Below are positions 1-10,757 of a stretch of DNA of 64,000 nucleotides, piece after piece. The DNA is taken from the NCBI GenBank assembly GCA_002269645.1, contig NIVC01003880.1, forward strand, positions 54,571 through 118,570. The letters run 5' to 3'. The first letter of the stretch is position 1. Each line of letters begins with the position of its first letter. The DNA is from Macrostomum lignano. Its lineage: Eukaryota. The translations under genes and the position numbers were made by a program. The notes beneath the pieces are model-generated. The model was not told where the DNA came from and ran no database searches. It saw only the letters and a program-made list of their open reading frames with translations.

Positions 1-3000
1 GTTGCATTTTTGGCCAAAAACTACGTTGCATATTTTTGTTAAAATGAAGTCGCATGGCTGACCGAATGGCCGACTGAATTTTAGAGGTTGCGCATGTATG
101 TATGTAACTTTATTTGGACTTATATAGAGCTCAACAGATAATTCTTTAAATTTTCATAAGTTTCTGTGTATTTATGCATGATGTAATTATATTTATTCAA
201 TGTTAAAATCTATTTGTCTTGTGAGCAAGTTGCAATGGCAAATACTTCTTTATTTCTATTAGAACATTTATTAGGTAAAAATTTTGGAGTAAGATTATAA
301 ATGTATTTGTAACCTAAAAATGGGACAGTGATTTAATTGTTGTATATATTTTTTATTAATATAAAAATAATTTGGTAGTATAAGCCATCAAGCCATCTTT
401 ATAGATTATATTTCAGCCCTATTCAAAAGAGCCTTTTTATAACCTTACAATCATTTAGCAGTTTTTAAAATAATTCTATGCAATTATAAGAAAAATGATA
501 TTATTTTAAAGACTAAGAGTTTATTCCTATTATAGTATTAACTATTATACTCTTAAAGACTACAATACTTTTTTAAATTACAATGAGCAAGCCTACCTAG
601 CATACTAACTGTAAATATAATAGGCAATAACAATATACAATATATTAGGCAATGATAATAAATAATTCATTTAATTAAATATTAAGTTAAGTTATAAAAT
701 TAAAAGTCTTCATTTTAATTTTCAAGGAATTGCCTTTTCTATTTATTTTATTTAGAGAACTTAGCAATTGATAGCAAGAGGCTAAGTTGCTAAACTAATA
801 ACTACTGATTTATTGTTTTTGCTTATACATAAAATTTATTAAAGCTTATGTTACAAATTACTTATTCTAGCTTGCTCAATAAATTTAAGTTACTAAGTCT
901 ATTAGGAGGCCTAATAATTAATAGGAAATAAGAACTTTGACATATTTAGGATTTTCACAAAGATTGGTTCTAGAACTAGGCCTAGAATAATTCCAATTCT
1001 AGAACCAGAATCTGTAAGAAAAGGAAAGCTTCAAAGTCCAAACCCATTTTATGTTTGTTAGTCTTTATAGGCCTAATTTAATATTGTCTTTTCATGACTT
1101 TGCTTTGTCTTGGATATGACAGAAAAACAGAGTACTAATATATAATTAATAATAAAAAATTGAAAATTTAAAATATATTTTACTGTTAAAATGTAAGCAT
1201 GACAATGGATTGAGAAAATTTTTCAAAGCGAATTCCAGAATTGGATCACAGTTCTAAATAAGTTAAAAATGGAACAGACAATATGAAAAGCTTCGAACCA
1301 ATTCTGGTTCTGGAATCAGTAATATGAAAAGCCTAATTGACTGCTTGCTTGGAAGCATTTTGTTAGAAATTTGCAAGGAGTGCAATGCACATATAAAACT
1401 TGCTCAACCAAGGTAATGTTGGATCATTAAACTTCTGGTCGCCAAAGTGACTGGTAGCCCCCTGCAGCTTTCGAGTTGCTAGCTTGTATGCTCTTATACC
1501 TATTCTACCTTGCATGCGGGCTCTACTATATGTACTTTTAGAAACGTTCCTATGCTCATCCCTCATACTCATGCTTTGTCTAGATTTGAGACAATTTGAT
1601 CTTGAATCTTGATAGACTTTCAAAGTCTAGATTAAAGAATAACGAACATAGACAGATGGCCGGGGAACCTTCGCTTGGTTTGGGAGCGTAGCACAGAGCG
1701 CGCCACGCTTCTGTGTAGACGGCCGTTGTGTTACGCTCCGCTACCGTCTAAGCGGTAGTCTATAGGGTGTCGCTTGTCGAATGTTGAGTTTCTCAGAAAA
1801 ATCAGAATTGAAATAAGTTTAAAATTTTCGAATAATTCGTAATCACCTGCAATAATTCTGAGACACAAAAAACAGCTAAAATAATAAAAAACTTCTTAGA
1901 CTCAATTTTGCGAAAAAATAGCTAAATTGCTGCCAATGACGATCTTGCCTAATATAACGTTTTTAAACGTAATTTTGTATCCGGAAGTAGACATTCTACA
2001 ACTTTTTCTGTTTCTAGAACGAATTTGGGCATCACTATCTTTTTTAGTGGATAGAAGTTAATCAAAGACCTGAATTTAATCTGCTAACGCTATTAATTAT
2101 AATGTTGTAGCGGACCACATCTTAGCAAACCGCTCTATGACTAACTGCTATTAATGCCTATTATTGCTAGTCTGCTAATTTTGCCAATTTTTCAGCATAT
2201 TCCTAAACTGTCGAATTTTCTATTTTTGCCATATCAAAACCAGATTATTCAATATTCATTTCCATAAGATGATTATTCATCTCATTACTCATCTCAAATT
2301 ACTCATCTCATTACGATCATCTCAAATTACTCATCTTCTCTTTATGTCGACGTATAGACACAGCTGCATGTCGAAGGAAAATTTGAATAAAAAAAGGCAA
2401 TTTCGTGCAATTGGCCGGAATAACGTTGCCGAAAATTATGCCCGGCGCTTGCTGTGAGAGCATTTGACCTAATTTATGCATTATAAACTGAGATTTTTAA
2501 TTAGATTTTAAAATGGGCTTTATTCGTGTGCATATATCAAAGGACTAAAGTACTATGTACACTTGAGCAGACCATAAATGCTAAATTTTACTTATAGCAA
2601 CATTGAAAAGCCGCGACGATCCTCTCGCTACCTTTTGAGAATAAAAGTGAATTTTCTCTCTCATTTTTAAGAATAAGTATATGGTGATTTTTTCGTTTTC
2701 CATAATTTTTTGTCATTTCCGTTCCGTTCCGACATAAACATGATATTGCAACTTCGATTTTTGGCACTATTATTTGTGAATTGTAAGCAAAATGTTTGAC
2801 TAATTAGCCTATAAGCATATGCAATGGTTGACCTTTTAACGCATTGAATTACTCCACCAATCTATTCAAAACAAAACGATACAATTTATGCAATTAATAC
2901 AAAGTACATATACACTCAATCCACCAGGCTATAGGAGCAAGGGCGCGCGTCGTCACAGCTTTTATTGTGGACAAATGAAATTCTTACATGAAAATAAATT

Positions 3001-4164
3001 TCAATGCATTTGGAATGCATATTTTTGGCGCCCACATCAATCCAGTCCAGCAAGCTCATTAGCTAATTATGTACTCAATCTTAATAATGTACGTTAAAAG
3101 AGATGCAAGTGAAGTGAGCGTGAGCGCTATTGGGGGGGGGGCGGCGACGAAACAAGATTAAAGCAATATTATTTTATAACCCAGCTCCCCAGTGGCAATG
3201 TCCTGCAGTATTTTTGCATTCAATAAAAAAAGAATATGACGTCAATGAAGAAGAGAAATATTGCTCGTAGCACAGATATATAGGCTGCATTGCCACTTTA
3301 GAATCATAGCTATATATGCTCAATAGAGTTTTTGCAGCGCACCCAGATTCCAAAGTTCTTATTACAGCCGCTGGGTGCGCTCCGTATGCAGTATTTTTGT
3401 GTACGATGAGAGATCTCACAGTTTCTATTAAAAGCAGCGTGACGCATAATGGAGAGCAAATAAATGGAGACAGCTCTAGTAGGACTGCAGAAAAACTTAA
3501 ATGTTAGATAGAAAAACAAGAGGGAACGCAGTGAAGAACTTGCATACCTTGCTTTTTTATCATTAAATTAAATCGTTCTTGGCCAGTCGCGATATAAATT
3601 GTCATCTGCTTTTTCTATTGCTAGCGTGCACTGACCGGCGTACGCATGCAGTAGTGTGGCGTCCATCGGATCTCAACCAATCGCTATGCATTTAATCAAC
3701 CCACAATATGCTTGTAAACGATCATTGTACTCACATCGCAACAGCATTCAACACGCGCAATTTCTAGCACGAATTGCTGAACACACCAGAGGGGGTGAGG
3801 GGTTGCCAGGCAGGAGTGAATAAAAAATATTGAGAGGAGAGAGGAACAGGGGAGAGGGGGCTAAAGTCTACGCATACAATAAGAGGGAGCAATGTGAAGC
3901 AAGAGCATAGAATCTGCTATAGCCAAGCTCTTAACAATAAATTTCAGTAGTAGCTATATATTCAGCTAACGCATTGTCCAGCCAACCCCCCGCACATTGC
4001 AGCTGCCTCTCTCTTCTACCTTCGCCCCACCCAAGCAGCACCCCTGCAAACCAGCTCCTTTGAGTATAAAAAACCTTTCAACAAAAAACGAAGACAAAAA
4101 ACTCTTCTCAGTTTAGAAGCAGACTTAAATTTGAGATATCTCCTGCTGCACCACAACCAACGTC

Positions 4165-7100
4165 ATGCTGCAGGCAAAAATTTTGCTCATCTTAGCCGCC
4201 GTCTGTTGCGGTCTCTTGACCCCGGTGGTAAGTCAGAACACCTACGGTTGCTCCGGAGCGGACCTCTCAAAGCGGAGGCTGACCAACTATGGCAAATACA
4301 CGTTCATCTTGCACGCCTTGGCACCGAACAGCAGCTATCTGGAGCCAAACATGGACTGCACCATCACCATCATTGGGTACAGTTCCAGCCGTTGGCTAGT
4401 CACCTTGGATACTATCAGCCTTAGCGCTTATCAGGTAAAGCTGATCGAATGCCTATCGGCCTTTTAAATAATGTATTCTTATACAAGTAGTGGATTTTAC
4501 ATGGTTTAGATAATAGAAGAGGATCAGGAGTAAGAATCAATTTTATCTTAGGACTTGGGATAGCTATACTCAGCAACATTGAAAAGTCGCCACTCTATGC
4601 GCCAGTGAGCAATTTCTCTTGGACTATTCTGAACTAAAAGGTACGAAAAAAACTGGTCAGGGTAACTTTAATCCATCCAATACCCGCCACACCGCTCCAC
4701 CACTTTATTCCTCAACTCAAGTCTGCCGCGGCGTAGCTGAATGCGTCACTCGCAAAGATTGAGAGACTTCGCATGCACTCTCAAAGGTGGCGACCACAGA
4801 TGGAATCTTCTGTGATGGCGATTTTTCGATGTGCATTAAAAAGTCGCCACCTTTGAGAGTGCGCAGTAAATTCTAGCTCAGTATTGTCTTTTGAGCGACG
4901 CAACTTGCGCCAGAGTGAGGAGAGATTGGGAAGAGCGGAGGGCAAAGATTGGATGGATTGACGCTGCCGCCCGGTTTTCATGGTTTTTTCAAGCATTTTT
5001 AAGATCAAAATGGTTGGCCAGGTGATAGACGCTGGTCGAAAAACACTGCTCACTGGGTCAAAGGGTGGCGACTTTTCAATGTCGATGATCCGTTATAGAA
5101 GTTCAATTCTTTTCTGGTAAGGCTGGATCTTTTTCATAAAGTACATTTTTAAGATGAGACGAGAACCGCATGCGTGGCGTGAGTTGCGTCACTTGGGTCT
5201 GATATCTAAACAAAGTTGACCATTGATTTCGGGGGTGGAAACTACTTTAACGTGTTGCTGAGTGCATGCACCAGAAAACAAAACGAAAAAAGTACGTATG
5301 AAGTGGTCGATCACTTGTGCAGACAAGTAAGCAGCATCTTCGATAAGAATGAGCGTTGATAAAATTTATTTTGATTTGATTTTTCGAATAAAATTACTGA
5401 GACCCCAATCAGGCAAGACGCCAGGTTGTACTTTCATTAGATTTGTCAGTTTGCAGATAGTATGAGGTCTCCAAGTTTCTTAAAATCTAATACCAGAGTA
5501 TAGCTCGTGAAACTCCAACTGCGAAGTGAGAATAAAAGCAATTTGTTTTGAGTCCCAAGCCTAAGTCTGATTATTCCATGGAATTTATAAGGTACTATAT
5601 CTCTAGTGCTACATGTATACATGTACGGGCAACAAGTAGCCGACTTCGCTTCCGTGCCAAGTCACATTAATTTGCGGCTGGTGCACGAAACTTCACCTGC
5701 GGCGGGCATGACAAGCGATCCCAACCCACACGAGAGGGCCAGCACCAAAGACAGAAAGACAGAGTTAGCATATATCTGACGCTGAGAAAGTCAGGGCCGC
5801 ACTGTACAGCCCCCGTGCGAATGTGTGTGCCTGCGAAGAATGTAAGTGCGGTGCTCAGAGTTCAGCAGAATTGATTATAACTGCTAGCTTTCTTGCTGGC
5901 TTAAGATCAACAATCACCTTGATTTGCGGCCCTCTCTAATGCATGTGCGGCCATGAGAACGGAAGTACCGATAACGTTCCGAGAGGTCAATCGCCTGGGG
6001 GGGGTGCTAACTCCTGTTTTTCCTGTTTTTAAGCAACTGATAATAATAACAATAATAAAAAATTTATGACACCTTACCCTAATGGGCAGATGTGCAACCG
6101 CTATTGCGCGGCGCATCTGAAGGCTGCGTACGGCTGTTCAGTCCAAGGACTGGGGGGGGGGTCGCCACACAGCCTCAATTACCCCAACTAATGCTGGCAC
6201 CCATTTTACAGCTGGTGAACTGAAGCAATGCAGAGTTAAGTATCTAGCACAAGGACACAAATTCTTCCGAGTTGGGTCGAGAATCGAAAATCCGACCTTT
6301 CAGTCGTGAGTCCGACGCTCTGACCACTGGGCTACAACTAGGTTGACTGAAAATGTCGATATTTCTTCGCCCAGCAAGTCCCTAACCGGAACAATTCGTC
6401 ACAATCTGTTTACGTCTCTTTCTCAGGCCGAGTTCGATGTCTACGAAGGCACCAGCACCAGAGGAAAGAACTTGATCTCTCTAAACAGCGCCGGGACTCT
6501 CTACCGACAGTTAGGCATCAGCAGCGGCAGCTTCACTGTCCGTCAGAAAACCAAATCAACGCCGGCCGGTAAGGCAACTGGCGTCCGGATGACCGTTGAA
6601 CATCTGGAAACCTCAGATTGCCCAACTGGTTGGTACAAAGTCTCCAGCTCCGCTGGGTACTGCTACGGTGTGCCTAGACTGGCCCTGAACTTGACCTACG
6701 ATGAGTCCGCTAAGGCCTGCAACATGCTGCTGGCCAACCTCGTCATGGGCAACTTCAACTACGACTCGATCTCGGCGGAGCTGTTCTCGGCGCCCTCGAG
6801 CGTTGTTAGCCCGCGACTGACATACTGGGTCGGCATGTACGAGAAGAACGACGAGCTGAAGTTCCTCAACAAGTACAACTCGCTTGAGTGAGTCTATTTT
6901 AACAGTTCATATCAAAGATTTTTGTAGTTGATACCTTGGTCATAGTTGCAGATATTGTTAATAGGTGTTACCAAATTTCTTCGCATTGCCATCAGATTGA
7001 GTTTACAGAGTATAATTGAACGACTGGATAATTGATGCTTAAGTCGTCCTTAAGATTCAACGCTGAATGCTTACAGACTGATTAAATGTCTTCCTTACAA

Positions 7101-7796
7101 AATACAATATGTACTCTCACACAATTTTTCACAACTTCGATGAACACGTTAGACCTCAACTGATTCTGATTCTTAACTGGTCTACAATATTGCAGCAGCA
7201 TTTCCGGCCGCCTGTGCAGTCAGACCAGCTCCGACTGCCAGTGCATCACTTACCAGAGCGGTCGCTTCTACAAAGACAACTGCAACACCAGGCGGCAGTA
7301 CGTGTGCTACATGCCCAAGGGCGGAACCGAGTCCTACTACAACCTTAAAAGCCAGATAAATTCAGCCAGCAACGTCATAAGCATGATTGCCATCGTGCTG
7401 ACTGTCGGCTTCATTCTGGTCATCCTGGTCAGCCTCATCGTCGTCTTTGTCTGCTGCATTCGTCGGAACGCTGCCGCTAGACGAACTCGACGACAGAGCA
7501 ACTTTAATGCCGCCAATTCCAACGTCAACGCTGGACCATTCGTCATCGGCGAAGCCGCCGGAGTGCCGCCGTCCTACCCGATGCCGCCGCCACCCCCTCC
7601 GTTCACTGCCTCCCCCGCCGCTCCGCCCTACACAGCCACCGCGCCAGCCTACTCCACCTACTCCAACCTAGGCTTCGAGGCTGGCGGCAATGACGCTGCG
7701 GCGCCGGCGACGTCCGCTGGAGCCAGCGGCGGCGACAACGGCGAGAAACCGCCGCCCTACAATCCCGACTGGTCGAGAAACAATGTGGCGGCCTGA
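4165..7796 (+). CDS. Type I membrane protein: signal peptide, CUB-like domain, C-type lectin domain, TM helix, Pro-rich tail with PPxY motifs; join(4165..4434,6427..6887,7196..7796), 443 aa
   Basis: Hydrophobic signal (MLQAKILLILAAVCCGLL). Donors CAG|GTAAAG (4435) and GA|GTGAGT (6888), acceptors ending 6426 and 7195; phases 0 and 2 match and the total of 1332 nt is divisible by 3. CTLD pattern CPTGW..CY..YDESAKAC..YWVG..C..Y..NC..YVC. TM IAIVLTVGFILVILVSLIVVFVCCI followed by RR. Confidence 0.8.
4576..5082. mobile_element. MITE-like element with terminal and internal inverted repeats, in intron 1 of the lectin gene
   Basis: 18-bp perfect IR ACATTGAAAAGTCGCCAC (4576-4593) / 5065-5082, plus an internal 20-bp perfect IR (4775-4794 / 4843-4862). 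No TSD established. Confidence 0.45.
6040..6338 (-). mobile_element. tRNA-derived SINE with CORE-like domain (copy 1)
   Basis: Minus strand starts GTTGTAGCCCAGTGGTCAGAGCG (A-box-like) with a degenerate B-box TTCGATTC, then GTGTCCTTG..ACTTAAC..CTGTAAAATGGG resembling the MIR/CORE core. A second copy lies at 12395-12688. Confidence 0.7.
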
Positions 7797-8034
7797 TGAT
7801 TTGGCAACCTATCGCGTAATATGGATATAGAACGGGCTCTATGCTGCTAACTGACAGGCTACGCCCCATCAACGAAGGTGCCATGGCAACAAAAGCCAGG
7901 GGAGTCGCCACTTCCCCCAAGTAAAAGCTATTGGGGGATATGCCAATGCTCCCCCCCCCCACCCCACCTTGTGACCCGGTATGGAAAATCAATAATTTTG
8001 ATTCAGGGCGACAAAATATAGCGCCTGTGGCGTC

Positions 8035-8230
8035 AAAATGAATGCCTGAAACACCAAAATGAGTGCCTGCAGCGAAAACAAGAGTGCCTCCGGCGCCAAA
8101 ATGAGTGCCTCCGGCGCCAAAATGAGTGCCTCTGGCGCCAAAATGAGTGCCTCCGGCGCCAAAATGAGTGCCTCCGGCGCCAAAATGAGTGCCTCTGGCG
8201 CCAAAATAAGTGCCTGCAGCGCCAAATGAG
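8035..8230. repeat. 21-bp minisatellite (AAAATGAGTGCCTCCGGCGCC)n, about 9 copies
   Basis: Visible tandem units; explains the ALILAPE shadow ORF. Confidence 0.95.
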
Positions 8231-9374
8231 CGCTGACAACGCCGATTCTTAAAATAGTGTACATGTAGAATTCTTTACTTTGTCCCCCACCATAAAACCA
8301 ATGGCGACGCTCCTGACAAAAGATGAATACATTGAAGCATAGATCTTCCCTGTTAGTGTACGCCTCCATATTTAAATAATTCAAATTCACATTTTTCGAA
8401 AGTTTGAAAACCAGACTTAATTTCGGCAGTGACTAGCTACACGCTTAATATATGACTAAGAGTAGCTCGATCGAGACTGAAACTTAAAATTGAAGCTTTG
8501 GTCTACCGGGCATACAGGTCTACAGGTCAGGGCATACAGCTCGGTCGATGCTGCCTTTTACTTTTGAATGAGTCCAAGGTATTGGGCGTGTTTTTAATTT
8601 TGTGGCCAAAAATTGATCATCAATTTATACTTTGCTTTAAAATGTAATATTCATTGAATTTTTTGTCGTGTTCGGTGATTTATGTGCATCTTTAAAGGTA
8701 CATTTTTTTGAGAAAACGTTTAAGAACTGGAAAACTTTTATGCACCTTTTTACATTTGGAATAATACGAGCGAGCGTACTTTGCTACCTGTAAATGCCTT
8801 GAAATTAGGGAGAATCATTCAGGTTTTTCCGGTACTATATGAAAGATACTATTTTATTTTGTTTCAATGTACTTCCTTAATTTGTGTCGATTTTCCAATT
8901 TATTTTTTGTACAGCTCCGTGTTACTGTAGCGAGACATGAAATCTGCATATTCGAAACAAATTAGTAATGAATATTTTAAAGTAAACAATTAAAGCTCTA
9001 AATATTCAAGACCTTTGCAGAGAAGCACTTTAGGCTGGCAAAGTTAACACAAAGTTGCATTCAGATCTGACTTTAAGTTTACCCTAACTTGTGATTTTAA
9101 TAAAATTATCTATAATTTCTAATTAATAAACCGAATCATAAACTATTACGACATTTATAATAATGGAAATATTAGTTCACAAATTTATTGATTATATAAA
9201 TAGTATTCATGAAGATAAGTCTATTCTCAACAACAAGCGGAATATTTGACGCAGACAAGTACATGTACGAGCATGCCATACAGAAAGAGAATAGATACTA
9301 GAGAGGGTGAGGAGAAGGAAACAGGAAATGGTGATAGGGCAGAGAAGTGGAGCAGAGATGAGAGAGAACTGTGG

Positions 9375-9377
<3 letters not shown>

Positions 9378-9469
<92 letters not shown>

Positions 9470-10195
9470 GGAGTAAAGGGAGAGAGAAGTGGAGTAGAGG
9501 GAGAGAGAAGTGGAGTAGATGGAGAGAGAAGTGGAAGTAAAGGGAGAGAGAAGTGGAGTAGAGGGAGAGAGAAGTGGAGTAAAGGGAGAGAGAAGTGGAG
9601 TAGATGGAGAGAGAAGTGGAGTAAAGGGAGAGAGAAGTGAAGTAAAGGGAGAGAGAAGTGGAGTAAAGAGAGAGAAGTGAAGTAAAGGGAGAGAGAAGTG
9701 AAGTAAAGGGAGAGAGAAGTGGAGTAAAGAGAGAGAAGTGGAGTAAAGGGAGAGAGAAGTGGAGTAAAGGGAGAGAGAAGTGGAGTAAAGGGAGAGAGAA
9801 GTGGAGTAAAGGGAGAGAGAAGTGGAGTAAAGGGAGAGAGAAGTGGAGTAGAGGGAGAGAGAAGTGGAGTAAAGGGAGAGAGAAGTGGAGTAGAGGGAGA
9901 GAGAAGTGAAGTAAAGGGAGAGAGAAGTGGAGTAAAGGGAGAGAGAAGTGGAGTAAAGGGAGAGAGAAGTGGAGTAAAGGGAGAGAGAAGTGGAGTAAAG
10001 GGGGAGAGAAGTGGAGTAAAGGGAGAGAGAAGTGGAGTAAAGGGAGAGAGAAGTGGAGTAAAGGGAGAGAGAAGTGGAGTAAAGGGAGAGAGAAGTGGAG
10101 TAAAGGGAGAGAGAAGTGGAGTAAAGGGAGAGAGAAGTGGAGTAAAGGGAGAGAGAAGTGGAGTAGAGGGAGAGAGAACTGTGGAGTAGAGAGAG
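9378..10195. repeat. (GA)n microsatellite followed by 21-bp polypurine minisatellite (GAGAGAGAAGTGGAGTAAAGG)n
   Basis: Visible tandem units; explains the SLSLYST shadow ORF. Confidence 0.95.
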
Positions 10196-10757
10196 AGAGA
10201 AGACAGTGAAGTGGGGAGATGGTAGAGAATTAAAGAGAAAGGAAAATAGGAGAGAGATGAGATGACATTTACCAGACAAAGTTAACCTCCGGGAGATTCA
10301 ATTGGATTGAAAGATCTGCATAAAATCTTGAACAGTGTAAGATTTTTTTGGAAGCTCGTAAAAGCCTAATAGAAAAAACCGACTTCAATAGAAGAGAAAG
10401 TAAATATCGAATGCCTCGAGTGTTATTTATTACACAGGTGAGGGCCAACTTTGAAGATTAAATGAGGATAAGCAATTTGAGAGACAATTAATTTCGAAAA
10501 TGGAATTTTTTTCACATGAATTCATATTAACAAATGAATTGACATTGTACAGAATGATAATCTATACCTATAAAAAATGAAAACTGTGTCTTCTATTTTA
10601 AATGGCAATCAGAAAACACGACTTCGGCCTGTCAACAATTACGTCGATACCTGTAGCTGTATTAACGTAAAATTGTGTACTCTAGCTATAGGTAGAACAA
10701 TGAAGCTTAGATTTATATATACTGGTATATAGATGAAGTCGTAACTAAATTGAGTCC

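Noticed and set aside
7989-10279. Long ORFs with ALILAPE, RERERE and SLSLYST repeats
   Set aside because: Translations of 21-bp and GA repeats; no domain content or splice context.
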